Shown: positions 20,181-29,967, counted from the first letter of the stretch. The stretch is DNA of 64,000 bases from Polyangiaceae bacterium (GCA_035063585.1 JAPSGB010000010.1:60020-124019), one strand, 5' to 3'. Notes: generated from the letters alone by a model not told the origin. Made by a program: numbers and translations.

Positions 20181-21630
20181 CCCGAAGCAGTGGCCGTTCG
20201 AGATCCCCGGGGTCGAGGTCGTCTCGGCGCGGAGCTACCTCACGCGGCCGGAGTTCAGCGCGCTCCGGGGCGCCAAGGTCTTCAACCTCTGCAAGTCCTA
20301 CCGCTACCAGAGCCTCGGTTACTACGTGTCGCTCCTCGCCGCGGCGCGCGGGCACAAGCCGGTCCCCAACGTGGCGACCATCCAGGACCTCAAGGCGACC
20401 GAGATCGTCCGCATCCGCTCCGACGACCTCGACGCGCTCATTCAGCAGAGCCTCGCCTCGATTCAGTCGAGCCAGTTCGTGCTCAGCATCTATTTCGGAC
20501 GAAACCTCGCCAAGCGCTACGACCGCCTGGCGACGCGGCTGTTCAAGCATTTTCACGTCCCGCTCCTCCGCGCGACGTTCACGCGCTCGCGCGGTGGCCA
20601 CTGGTTCCTCCAGAGCATCGTGCCGATTTCGTCCGATGAGATCCCGGAGACGCACCACCCCTTCGTGCTCGAGGTGGCCACCGCGTACTTCGACAGCAAG
20701 CGCTGGTCGTCGCCGCGCCGCCGCGTCGCACGCTACGAGCTCGCCATCCTCTGGGACCCCGAGGACGAGGAGCCGCCTTCGAACGAGCGCTCGATCCAGA
20801 AGTTCATCAAGGCCGCGCAGGGCCTCGGGATGGAAGCCTCGACCATCCAGAAGGACGGCTACGCGAGCCTCGCCGAGTACGACGCGCTCTTCATTCGCGA
20901 GACGACCAACGTCAATCACCACACCTACCGCTTCGCGCGGCGCGCCTTCGCCGAGGGGATGGTCGTCATCGACGACCCCGACTCCATCCTCCGCTGCACG
21001 AACAAGGTCTACTTGAAGGAGCTCCTCGAGCACCACAGGGTGGCCTGCCCGCGGACGGTCATCATGCACCGCGACAACCTCGACGACATCGAGCGTGAGC
21101 TCGGCTTCCCGTGCATCCTGAAACAACCGGACGGTGCGTTCTCGCAGGGCGTCGTCAAGGTCACCGACGCGGACGCGCTCTACCACCAGGCAGAGACCAT
21201 GCTGGCGCGCTCGGAGCTCATCATCGCGCAAGAGTTCATGCCGACCGAGTTCGACTGGCGAGTCGGTGTCCTCGGTCAGCGACCGCTCTGGGTCGCGAAG
21301 TACCACATGGCTCCGCACCACTGGCAGATCATCCAGAATCGTCCGGGCGGCGCGCGCCGCTACGGTCGCGTGGAGGCGCTTGCCCTCGACGCGGCGCCGC
21401 CCGCGGTCGTAAAGACCGCGCTCCGCGCCGCCGAGCTCATCGGCGACGGGCTCTACGGCGTGGACCTCAAGCAGGTCGGCCGGCACGTCTACGTGGTCGA
21501 GGTCAACGACAACCCATCGATCGACGCCGGCTGCGAGGACGCCGTCCTCAAGGACGCGCTCTACGAGAGCGTGATGCGGGTGTTCGTCGAGCGGCTCGAG
21601 GCGCGACAGCGAGGGAGTCAGCTCCGATGA
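20155..21630 (+). CDS. RimK-family ATP-grasp ligase with N-terminal RLAN domain
   Basis: RLAN-like VFNLCKSYRYQSLGYYVSLLAAARGH; ATP-grasp CTNKVYL, FPCILKQPDGAFSQGV, AQEFM, GVDLK, EVNDNP. Confidence 0.92.
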   Translation: MRALIVVNSPKQWPFEIPGVEVVSARSYLTRPEFSALRGAKVFNLCKSYRYQSLGYYVSLLAAARGHKPVPNVATIQDLKATEIVRIRSDDLDALIQQSLASIQSSQFVLSIYFGRNLAKRYDRLATRLFKHFHVPLLRATFTRSRGGHWFLQSIVPISSDEIPETHHPFVLEVATAYFDSKRWSSPRRRVARYELAILWDPEDEEPPSNERSIQKFIKAAQGLGMEASTIQKDGYASLAEYDALFIRETTNVNHHTYRFARRAFAEGMVVIDDPDSILRCTNKVYLKELLEHHRVACPRTVIMHRDNLDDIERELGFPCILKQPDGAFSQGVVKVTDADALYHQAETMLARSELIIAQEFMPTEFDWRVGVLGQRPLWVAKYHMAPHHWQIIQNRPGGARRYGRVEALALDAAPPAVVKTALRAAELIGDGLYGVDLKQVGRHVYVVEVNDNPSIDAGCEDAVLKDALYESVMRVFVERLEARQRGSQLR

Positions 21631-22892
21631 CGCACGAAGGAGAGGCCCGCGCCGCACGGCTCGGCCTGTTCGCCGCGACCGGGATCGAGATCGAGTACAT
21701 GATCGTCGATCGGGAGCGGCTCTCGGTCTTGCCGGTGTGCGACGAGCTCATCCGGGCAGCCGTGGGCCGAGTCGAGTCGGAGATCGAGCGGGGCGCGCTC
21801 GCCTGGTCGAACGAGCTCGTGCTCCACGTGGTCGAGCTCAAGACGAACGGTCCGGCGCGAACCCTCGACGGGCTCGCGAGCGTGTTCGCCGCCGACGTTC
21901 GCCGAATCGACGACTTGCTCGCGCCGCTCGGCGGCCGGCTCATGCCGACCGCGATGCACCCGCTCATGAACCCGGACCGCGAGACGGTGCTCTGGCCGCA
22001 CGACTATAGCGAGGTCTACCAGACCTTCGACCGGATCTTCGACTGCCGCGGGCACGGGTGGTCGAACCTGCAGAGCGTGCACATCAACCTCCCGTTCGGC
22101 GACGACCAGGAGTTCGGCCGGCTCCACGCCGCGATCCGGCTCGTCTTGCCGCTCCTGCCGTTCTTGGCGGCGAGCTCACCGCTCGTGGAGGGGCGCTTCA
22201 CCGGGCTCGCCGACAATCGCCTCGAGTATTACCGGATGAACTGCCGCCGCATCCCCTCGATCACCGCGCACGTGGTGCCCGAGCAGGTGTTCTCCCAGGC
22301 CGACTATGAAGCGCGGATCTTTCGCCCCATCGCCGAGGCGGTCGCGCCCTTCGACGCGGACGGCGTGCTCGACCCCGAGTGGACGAACGCGCGCGGTGCC
22401 ATCGCGCGCTTCGACCGCTCCGCCATCGAGATCCGGTTGCTCGACGTGCAGGAGTGCCCGCGGGCCGACCTCGCCGTGGTGAGCGTGATCGTCGCGCTGG
22501 TACGGGCCTTGGTCGAGGAGCGCTGGGCGCCGGGAGCCCGGCAGCGAGCGCTCGACGAGCGCCGGCTCGAGGCGGTGCTCCTCGCGGGCATCGCAGGTGG
22601 CAGCGCCGCCACCGTGGATGATGGTGATTTGGCCACGCTGGTCGGGGCTGGCGCGCGCGGCCCCGTCGACGGACGCGCGCTCTGGGGAGCCATCGCCGAG
22701 CGGCTGGTCGCCGAGGGCCTGCTCGCGGGCAGCGGCGAGTGGGCGGCGCCGTTCGAGCGGTTCCTCTCCGAGGGCACGCTCGCCGAGCGGATCGAGCGCG
22801 CGATCGGCGCGCCGAGCCCGGGGCGCATCTTCGAGGTCTACGGCTCACTCAGCGAATGCCTCCACCATGGCACTCTCTTCTCCGCGCCGTGA
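21627..22892 (+). CDS. Glutamate-cysteine ligase family 2 (GCS2) carboxylate-amine ligase
   Basis: GIEIEYMIVD, NELVLHVVELKT, MHP, LQSVHINLP, AASSP, ARFDRSAIEIRLLD; ATGA overlap. Confidence 0.88.
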   Translation: MTHEGEARAARLGLFAATGIEIEYMIVDRERLSVLPVCDELIRAAVGRVESEIERGALAWSNELVLHVVELKTNGPARTLDGLASVFAADVRRIDDLLAPLGGRLMPTAMHPLMNPDRETVLWPHDYSEVYQTFDRIFDCRGHGWSNLQSVHINLPFGDDQEFGRLHAAIRLVLPLLPFLAASSPLVEGRFTGLADNRLEYYRMNCRRIPSITAHVVPEQVFSQADYEARIFRPIAEAVAPFDADGVLDPEWTNARGAIARFDRSAIEIRLLDVQECPRADLAVVSVIVALVRALVEERWAPGARQRALDERRLEAVLLAGIAGGSAATVDDGDLATLVGAGARGPVDGRALWGAIAERLVAEGLLAGSGEWAAPFERFLSEGTLAERIERAIGAPSPGRIFEVYGSLSECLHHGTLFSAP

Positions 22893-23590
22893 AGACCTTC
22901 CCTCGAAATATCGTGGTGAGCTGTGAGCACGGCGGGAACCGCATCCCGGCCGCGTACGCCGGGCTATTTCGCGGCGCGACGCGCCTGCTCGCGAGCCATC
23001 GTGGCTGGGACGCGGGCGCGCTCGTGCTCGCGCGAGAGCTCGCTCGAGCGCTCTCGGCGGATCACGTGTTCGCGACGACCTCGCGGCTGCTCGTGGACTT
23101 GAATCGCTCGCCCGGGCATCCCGCGCAGTTCTCGGAGTTTACCCGCGCGCTACCGCGCGAGCAGCGTGACGCCATCGCGCGCCGTCACCACGCGCCCTAC
23201 CGGCGAAAGGTCACGGAGCTGGTCGCGCGCGCGCCGGCGGTGCACCTGTCCGTGCACTCGTTCACGCCGATCTTCCACGGCGAGCCGCGTCGCGCCGAGC
23301 TCGGGCTCCTCTACGATCCGTCGCGAGCGCGCGAGCGCGCGCTCGCCGACGCGCTCGCGCTCGCGCTCGCCGCCCGCGCGCCCGAGCTTCGCGTGCGACG
23401 GAATTACCCCTACCGCGGCACCTCGGATGGCCTCGCCGAGACGCTCCGCCGCGCGCTCCCGCCCGCCGCGTTCATCGGCCTCGAGCTCGAGCTGAGCCAG
23501 GCCATCGTGCGGCGTCCGACGCGTTTTCGCGCGACGCGGCGCGCGCTCATCGCGGCGTTGGTCGAGGTCCTCCGCCCGGAGTCGCGCTGA
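22889..23590 (+). CDS. N-formylglutamate amidohydrolase-family protein
   Basis: SCEHGG, HRGWDAG, SRLLVDLNR, VHSFTP, NYPYRG, ELE; GTGA overlap. Confidence 0.88.
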   Translation: MKTFPRNIVVSCEHGGNRIPAAYAGLFRGATRLLASHRGWDAGALVLARELARALSADHVFATTSRLLVDLNRSPGHPAQFSEFTRALPREQRDAIARRHHAPYRRKVTELVARAPAVHLSVHSFTPIFHGEPRRAELGLLYDPSRARERALADALALALAARAPELRVRRNYPYRGTSDGLAETLRRALPPAAFIGLELELSQAIVRRPTRFRATRRALIAALVEVLRPESR

Positions 23591-23601
23591 AACCGCACGG
23601 C

Positions 23602-24303
23602 TCAGACGGCGCAGGCGAGCTCGGTGGGCCCGGAGAGCGTCACCGATTTCGCGACCGCGCTCGCGAGCCGCTCGAGGTACCGGGCGCGCGAGAGCTCGCG
23701 CGCGCCGAGGCTCGCGAGGTGCGGCGTCAGGAACTGCACGTCGAACAGCTCGAGGCCCGCGTCGAAGAGGGTGGTCACCGCCATGACCAGCGCGACCTTG
23801 GAGGCGTCGGTGCGCCGGTGGAACATGCTCTCGCCCGCGAAGAACCCGCCGAGGTGGACGCCATAGAGCCCACCCACGAGCTCCCCGTCTTGCCAGACCT
23901 CGAAGCTTCTCGCGCGCCCGCGCGCGAAGAGCCGGGTATAGGCCGCGATCATCTCCGGGAAGATCCAGGTGCCCTCCTCGCGCTCGGCGCAGCCGAGCAT
24001 GACCTCGGTGAAGGCGCGATCACGCGTGACCGTGAAGGGACCGTGGCGGAGCACCCGCCGCAGGCTTCTCGAGATGCGGAGGTCCGCCCCTTCGATGATG
24101 GCGCGGGGATCCGGGCTCCACCAGAGCGGCGGATCCGAGGCGCCGTACCACGGGAAGATCCCGCGCTCATAGGCGAGCGTGAGCCGCTCCGGCGAGAGAT
24201 CCCCTCCCACTGCGAGCAGGCCCTCGGCGTCCGCTTCGCGCGGCTCGGGGAAGCTCGGCGGGCCCTCGACCTCGAGCCACACCGGCAAGCTGCGACGCCC
24301 CAT
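23602..24303 (-). CDS. aat: Leucyl/phenylalanyl-tRNA-protein transferase
   Basis: GLLAVGGDLSPERL..AYERGIFPW, WWSPDPR, LVGGLYGV, FAGESMF, DASKVAL, HLASLGA. Confidence 0.96.
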   Translation of the reverse strand: MGRRSLPVWLEVEGPPSFPEPREADAEGLLAVGGDLSPERLTLAYERGIFPWYGASDPPLWWSPDPRAIIEGADLRISRSLRRVLRHGPFTVTRDRAFTEVMLGCAEREEGTWIFPEMIAAYTRLFARGRARSFEVWQDGELVGGLYGVHLGGFFAGESMFHRRTDASKVALVMAVTTLFDAGLELFDVQFLTPHLASLGARELSRARYLERLASAVAKSVTLSGPTELACAV

Positions 24304-24415
24304 CCCGGTTAGGTAGTCCTCGTTCGTGAGCGCGCAAGGCCCTCGCCGGGTGGTCTCGCGGCGTTTCCGCGGCCATCTCGGATGATGGGGTGTGGTAGTG
24401 GTGGGGCGGCCTCGG

Positions 24416-25726
24416 ATGCGCCTCCTCCGCATTTGGCTTCGCACCGTCACGATCACGCTCGTGTGCCTCGTCGCGCTCGCGGGTTACCTCGCGCGGCGCG
24501 TGCTCGCGGGGCGGAGCACCGCCGAGGCTCGCGAGCGGCTACGCGGCGAGAGCCTCTCGCGGCTCCTCGAGCGGCTAGGCGCCACCTTCATCAAGTTCGG
24601 GCAGATCCTGAGCACTCGCCCCGATTTGCTCGGCCCTGGTTACATCGAACCCCTCGCGCGCCTGCAGGACTCGGTGCCGCCCGCGCCGTTCGAGGCCATC
24701 GAGGCGATGCTCGCGCGAGAGCTCTCGCCGAGAGAGCGTGCGCGTATCGTCACGCTCGAGCCCATGCCGATCGCGGCCGCGTCGGTGGCGCAGGTCCACC
24801 GCGGAGTGCTCGACGACGAACGGGTGGTCGCGGTCAAGGCTCAGCGGCCCGAGGTGGAGGCGCAGGTCGATCGTGATCTGTCCATCCTGAGTTTTGGCGC
24901 GAGGCTCCTCGACCGTATCCCCACGGTCCGCATGCTGAGCTTGCCCGGCTCGGTGGCGCGGTTCGCGGTCGCGCTCCGCGGGCAGCTCGATTTTCGCGCC
25001 GAGGCCGACAATAATCGGCGTTTTGCCAAGAATTTTTCCGGGGTCCCCAACGTGGGCGTGCCCGGGTTGGTCGACGACCTCTGCACGCGCCGGGTGCTCG
25101 TCATGGACTTCATCGAGGGTGTCAAGGCGACCGAGCCCGAGAAGGTCGGCGGCGACCGCGCCGCGCTCGCGCGCGTGGGCGGCGAGACGGTGCTGAAGAT
25201 GGTGTTCCACGACGGCTTCGTGCACGCCGATCTCCACCCCGGGAACATCATCCTCACGCCGGACGGCCGTGTGGTGCTCATCGATCTCGGGATGGTGACC
25301 GACATTCCGGGCGAGCTGCTGCGCCCCTGGGTCGAGACGTTCCTCGCGCTCGCGCAGCAGGACAGCGCGCGCGTGGCCGAGCTCTTCTACGTCTACGCCC
25401 CCAGCGTCGCGACCCCGGACTATGCGGCGTATCAGCGGGACGTCGAGGAGAACCTCGCGGGCCTCTACGGCAAGAAGCTCGGGGAGGTCGAGATCAGCGA
25501 AGCGGTGAGTAGCATGATGAACGTGCTGCGGAAGCACCGGGTGCAGGTGGATCCGACCTTCACGGTGGTGAACATCGCGCTCTTGGTCGCCGAGGGGCTC
25601 GGCAAGCAGCTCGACCCCACCATCGATCTGATGCCCATGGCGATGCCTTACCTCTCCGAGGCCATGCTCACTGCGCCGCCCGGGCGCGCGCCGCTGCGAG
25701 AGCTACCGGCGGCGGTCGCCGGGTGA
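24416..25726 (+). CDS. UbiB/AarF/ABC1 atypical kinase family protein
   Basis: LGATFIKFGQILSTRPD, AAASVAQVH, VAVK.QRP, HADLHPGN, LIDLGM. Confidence 0.93.
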   Translation: MRLLRIWLRTVTITLVCLVALAGYLARRVLAGRSTAEARERLRGESLSRLLERLGATFIKFGQILSTRPDLLGPGYIEPLARLQDSVPPAPFEAIEAMLARELSPRERARIVTLEPMPIAAASVAQVHRGVLDDERVVAVKAQRPEVEAQVDRDLSILSFGARLLDRIPTVRMLSLPGSVARFAVALRGQLDFRAEADNNRRFAKNFSGVPNVGVPGLVDDLCTRRVLVMDFIEGVKATEPEKVGGDRAALARVGGETVLKMVFHDGFVHADLHPGNIILTPDGRVVLIDLGMVTDIPGELLRPWVETFLALAQQDSARVAELFYVYAPSVATPDYAAYQRDVEENLAGLYGKKLGEVEISEAVSSMMNVLRKHRVQVDPTFTVVNIALLVAEGLGKQLDPTIDLMPMAMPYLSEAMLTAPPGRAPLRELPAAVAG

Positions 25727-25810
25727 GTGGCTCGCGCGCCCATCGCGGGCGCGGCGGCGGTATACTCGGTCGTTCCCGCGAATGAGGATGCGAGGAGAGG
25801 CGAACTCGAC

Positions 25811-26836
25811 ATGAGCTACGGAAGGAACCTGGACCGGATCGCGGGCGGACTCTCGCGCCTCATCCACTTGCGCGGCGCAAGAGACAACACGCTCGCCGAC
25901 ATCGGGCTCTATCTCGACTTGCCCGTCGAGGAGATGTTCCCGGCGCCCCGGCTGCCGCGAGACCTCGTCCAAACGCGCTCGCTCGTCGATCGCGCGCTCT
26001 CCACCACGACGCTCCGCTGGACGAGTGGACATGAGGTCATCTCCGCCGCGTACCGCGCGCGGCACGAGACGGTGTACCGCTCGAACCTCACCGCGTGGGC
26101 GCGCTGGGTCCGGCCCGAGGGCGCGAAGCGGCGGGCGTGCCTGCTCTACGTCCACGGGTGGCTCGAGCCCGGCTCGTGGGCGGAGGAGGCGACCCTCTTT
26201 CGCAAGTGGGCGCGAGAGCTCGACGTCGACCTCGTGCACGTCTCGCTGCCGTTTCACGGCAAGCGGATGCCCCGCGGGTCGCTCTTCTCGGGGGAGCTGT
26301 TCTGGACGGCCGATCTGGTGCGCTCCATCGAGGGCGTGCGGCAGGCGCTCTTCGACGCGCGGACGATGATGGCCTGGCTCCGCGAGCAGGGCTACGAGGA
26401 AATCGGCGTCACCGGGCTCAGCCTCGGCGGCGCGCTCACCATGCTCTTCGCGTGCGTCGAGCCGCTCCCCGACTACATCGCGCCGCTCATGGGGCACCTC
26501 AAGCTCGACGACGCGGTCGAGCACGCGCCCATCCTGTGGCGGGTGAAGCACGACCTCGAGCGCTGGGGGATTCACGAGACGGAGCGCCGCCGACTCTTCG
26601 AGCACCTCCGCTGGGGTCACTATCCGCCGATCCTGCCGCCCGAGCGTCAGCTCTGGGTCCTCGCTCGCGAGGACGTATACATCGCGGCTCGGCCAGCCGA
26701 AGAGCAGCGGCGCGAGTGGGGCGAGCCAGAGGTGCTCTGGATCGACGGCGGACACATGACGTTCCCGCTGGAGATTGGCCGCATCACGGACGCGCTCGGC
26801 GCGTTTCGCCGCCGGCTCGCTGCCTCGCGCGGCTAG
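25811..26836 (+). CDS. Alpha/beta hydrolase
   Basis: VHGW oxyanion segment, LPFHGKR, GLSLGG nucleophile elbow, D, GGH; ATG at 25811 after GAGGAG. Confidence 0.85.
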   Translation: MSYGRNLDRIAGGLSRLIHLRGARDNTLADIGLYLDLPVEEMFPAPRLPRDLVQTRSLVDRALSTTTLRWTSGHEVISAAYRARHETVYRSNLTAWARWVRPEGAKRRACLLYVHGWLEPGSWAEEATLFRKWARELDVDLVHVSLPFHGKRMPRGSLFSGELFWTADLVRSIEGVRQALFDARTMMAWLREQGYEEIGVTGLSLGGALTMLFACVEPLPDYIAPLMGHLKLDDAVEHAPILWRVKHDLERWGIHETERRRLFEHLRWGHYPPILPPERQLWVLAREDVYIAARPAEEQRREWGEPEVLWIDGGHMTFPLEIGRITDALGAFRRRLAASRG

Positions 26837-27219
26837 CTCTGCCCGCCCGCGACGATGTCATCGCCGGTGCCCGGCTTGCCGTCGCGGCCGGCCGAGCGCA
26901 CCGTCACCTGGCTGCCGTCGCACACCACGCGAAAACGCTCGCCCCAGGGATCGGCAGCGGCGGTGTCGTTCGAGAGCGCGCTGTCGTACTCGAGCTGGCT
27001 GATGGTCGGGCAGCCCGAGCCGTTCGCGGTGCGCCAGTCGAGGACGGCGCGGCGGATGCGCTCCGCGGCCTCCACCGCCGAGCGCGTCTCGTCGGCCGTG
27101 TGGCGCGGGCCCATCACGAAGGCGGCCGCGCCGCCGACCACGGCGAGCAGCGCTACCACGGCACCGAGCTCGATGACCGTGACGCCGCGTTGGCGAGCTC
27201 TCGAGCGATGAGCGGACAT
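26833..27219 (-). CDS. gspG: Type II secretion major pseudopilin GspG-like protein
   Basis: Class III signal RQRG|VTVIE, hydrophobic helix, DPWG, SAGRDGKPGTGDDI. Confidence 0.85.
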   Translation of the reverse strand: MSAHRSRARQRGVTVIELGAVVALLAVVGGAAAFVMGPRHTADETRSAVEAAERIRRAVLDWRTANGSGCPTISQLEYDSALSNDTAAADPWGERFRVVCDGSQVTVRSAGRDGKPGTGDDIVAGGQS

Positions 27220-27234
27220 GACGGGGATAGGATT

Positions 27235-27250
27235 AGCAAGGCGTGTGCCG
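27235..27250 (-). promoter_or_regulatory. Putative sigma54 -24/-12 promoter of the gspG-like gene
   Basis: CGGCAC-ACGCC-TTGCT on the minus strand, matching YGGCAC-N5-TTGCW. Confidence 0.7.
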
Positions 27251-27355
27251 TGCCTGAATTCTCGAATGATCCGGGGGAACCGCGCCTCGGTCACCCGACG
27301 GCGCTGTCATTGTGACTGCGGATCTCGCGCGCCCCTTGGCTCCCGTGACAACTTG

Positions 27356-28174
27356 TCAGCGAGCGGCGTCGCCGAAGGTGGCGATGAGGGCGCGGTGCGC
27401 CTCGAGCGCGGGCTCGGGCGCCTCGAGCTGCCCGGGGCGGAACCCCGTGGAGATCCGCTCGACGTCGACGAGCTCGCCCTCCACTCGGAAGCTCACCCGC
27501 CACTCCTTGAGCGCAAGCTCGAAGCTCCCGTCGGGCCGCTTTCGGATCCGCCGATAGGCGTGCGGAGTGGGCCCGAGCGCGAGGCGTCGCTCGATCTCTG
27601 GGGCGAGCTCCACCCCGAAGCGCTCGCGCAGCCACGTGAGCTCCGCCTCGGCGAGCGGTGCAAATCGCACCGACCACGCCGGCCCCGGATCGAGCACGCC
27701 CGCGGTCCGCCCGGGCCCCGCGCCGAGCCAACCCCCACCCGCCTCCGGGATGCTATCGGCGTAGGCGAGGTACGGCTTGAGATCGAGCACGGGTGTGCCG
27801 TCGAGCATGTCGACGCCCGCTACCGACACGCGGAGCCCGCTCACCGAGGTGAGCTTCACGACCGAGAGCCCAATCGGGTTCGGCCGGTGCGGTGAGCGAG
27901 TGGCGAAGACGCCCCGGCGCCGGGCGCTCCGCGGCGGCGTGACCTTCGGTCGCCAGCCGGAGTTTCCGTGGAACCAGTAGACGACCCACAGGTACTCGAA
28001 GCTCGCGAGATCCTCGAGCGCGTCCTCGAAGCCGTGCCCCGGGTCGAGCTCGATGACGCCGCTCGCGCCGCTCGCGCGACTCGGCTGGCGCGGCGCGTCC
28101 GCGCGCTCCCGGAAGGGCGAGCGGATGACGCCGATGGGGCGGACGGTGAGCTCCACGCTCGGCGACGCTACCAC
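27356..28174 (-). CDS. trmO: tRNA (t6A37) N6-methyltransferase TrmO (TsaA)
   Basis: PIGVIRSPF, APRQ, YWFH, RGVFATRSPHRPNPIGLSVV, GVDMLDGTPVLDLKPY; start uncertain. Confidence 0.93.
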   Translation of the reverse strand: MVASPSVELTVRPIGVIRSPFRERADAPRQPSRASGASGVIELDPGHGFEDALEDLASFEYLWVVYWFHGNSGWRPKVTPPRSARRRGVFATRSPHRPNPIGLSVVKLTSVSGLRVSVAGVDMLDGTPVLDLKPYLAYADSIPEAGGGWLGAGPGRTAGVLDPGPAWSVRFAPLAEAELTWLRERFGVELAPEIERRLALGPTPHAYRRIRKRPDGSFELALKEWRVSFRVEGELVDVERISTGFRPGQLEAPEPALEAHRALIATFGDAAR

Positions 28175-28218
28175 GCCGCGCCGTTGAACGCGGCCGGAGA
28201 GCGCGTCATGCTGTCCGG

Positions 28219-29799
28219 GTGAGGGCCGCGTCCCGCCTGGTCGCACCGCTCGCCTTCGCGCTGGCAGTCGCCGGCTGTGCGCGCGAAGGCGGCGACGCCG
28301 AGGGCGAGCCAGCGGAGCACGAGCCGCAGGATGAGTTCGCGCCGGTGGCCGCGCCGGTGGTGCGGGAGCGCGGACCGGTGCGACCGTCGTCCCGCGTCTC
28401 CTTCACGGTGCGCGATGCGGCGACCCACGAGCTCATCCCCTGCAAGCTCACCGTGCTCGGGGTCCATGGCTCGCCCGACCCCGAGTTCTCGAAGACCGAC
28501 GTGCCGCGGGAGCTCGACGGCGCGGTCGCTGCCTATGAGCGTGTGTTCTCGCTGCGCGGCACCGGCAGCGTGCCCGTCCCGCACGGGACCTATGACGTCT
28601 ACGTGAGCCGCGGACTCGAGTGGACACGCGCCGTGGTGCGCGGCCTCGAGGTCGGCTCGAGGGGCGCCGTGCTCGACGTCACTCTCCAGCACGTGGTGCC
28701 GACCGACGGCTGGATCAGCGGCGATTTTCACGTCCACTCCGCGGCCTCCTGGGACTCCAAGGTGCCGATGCGCGCGCGGGTCTTCGAGTTCGCGTCCGAC
28801 GGCGTCGAGGTGATGGTCTCGACCGACCACAACTTCGTGAGCGACTACGCGCCGTTCATCGAGGAGCTCGGCGCTGGCCGTTGGGTCACCAGCGTGATCG
28901 GCAGCGAGATCACCACGCGGAGTTGGGGTCACTTCGGCGCGTTCCCGCTGGTGCGCGATCCGAGCCAGGTGAACGGCGGCGCGATCCCCGTGAGGTCGCA
29001 GACACCCAAGCAGATCTTCGAGGCCGTGCGTCGCCGCTCACCGCCCGCGCTCATCGACGTGCACCACCCCCGGCTCGGTCGGCTCGGCTACTTCGATCGT
29101 GGTCACTTCGACGCGCCACGCGCCGAGTTCCTGAGCCCCGCCGGTACCTCGCTCGACTTCGACGCGCTCGAGATCCTGAACGGCTTCCGCGACTCCGAGC
29201 GGCACGCCATCGACGACGTGCTGTCGGACTGGTTCCACCTCATCCTGCACGGCTACCGCTTTACCGGGACCGGCAACTCGGACACGCACCACCCGCGCTT
29301 CAACATCGGCGGATACCCGCGAAACTTCGTGCGGGTCCCGAAGGACGTCCCTGCCGCGATCACCCCTGAGCTCCTCGCGCGCGCGGTCAAGGCAGGACAC
29401 GCCTTCTTCACCACCGGACCCTTCCTCCGCCTCGAGGTGGACGGCGCTGGCATCGGCGACACCGTCACCGAGCGGAGCGGCAAGCTCCGCGGTCACCTCG
29501 AGGTCGACGCCGCGCCGTGGGTGAGCGTGACGGGGGTGCGCCTCTATGTCGACGGGCACGTCGCGCAGCGGTGGATGGTGCCGCCATCTTCCGCCGTCGC
29601 GCGCCTCCGCGCCGACTTCGAGCTCGCCGTCACGCGCGACGCCTTCGTGGTGCTCCGCGCCGGTGGCGACCAACCGCTCGCGCCGGTCGCTGGCGAACCG
29701 GGCGGGTTTCGCATCTACCCGATGGCGCTCACCAACCCGGTCTTCATCGACGTCGACGGCAACGGCCGCTACGACGCGCCGTTCCCGAGGTCCGACTGA
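28219..29799 (+). CDS. CehA/McbA-like PHP-family metallohydrolase lipoprotein
   Basis: VAGC lipobox, GDFHVHS, STDHN, GSEIT..WGHF, HHPR, GNSDTH. Confidence 0.85.
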   Translation: MRAASRLVAPLAFALAVAGCAREGGDAEGEPAEHEPQDEFAPVAAPVVRERGPVRPSSRVSFTVRDAATHELIPCKLTVLGVHGSPDPEFSKTDVPRELDGAVAAYERVFSLRGTGSVPVPHGTYDVYVSRGLEWTRAVVRGLEVGSRGAVLDVTLQHVVPTDGWISGDFHVHSAASWDSKVPMRARVFEFASDGVEVMVSTDHNFVSDYAPFIEELGAGRWVTSVIGSEITTRSWGHFGAFPLVRDPSQVNGGAIPVRSQTPKQIFEAVRRRSPPALIDVHHPRLGRLGYFDRGHFDAPRAEFLSPAGTSLDFDALEILNGFRDSERHAIDDVLSDWFHLILHGYRFTGTGNSDTHHPRFNIGGYPRNFVRVPKDVPAAITPELLARAVKAGHAFFTTGPFLRLEVDGAGIGDTVTERSGKLRGHLEVDAAPWVSVTGVRLYVDGHVAQRWMVPPSSAVARLRADFELAVTRDAFVVLRAGGDQPLAPVAGEPGGFRIYPMALTNPVFIDVDGNGRYDAPFPRSD

Positions 29800-29967
29800 G
29801 CCTGGGCTCATCCGGTGCTCACCGCGACCAGCCGCGCCGTCGGGATGCCGCCGGTCCGTCGCGGCCGGCGGCGCGAGCCGGCGACGCTCGCGCCGCCGCG
29901 TCGAAGGGCGCATCGAGAGCGGCCCCTCGTCGAGCACGCCGGACGCTCGCGCGCTGGAGCGCTGCTC

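Noticed and set aside
19434..21630. Graspetide (microviridin-type) RiPP cluster
   Set aside because: No precursor peptide with repeated core motifs or transporter nearby, and the ligase has RLAN-RimK architecture
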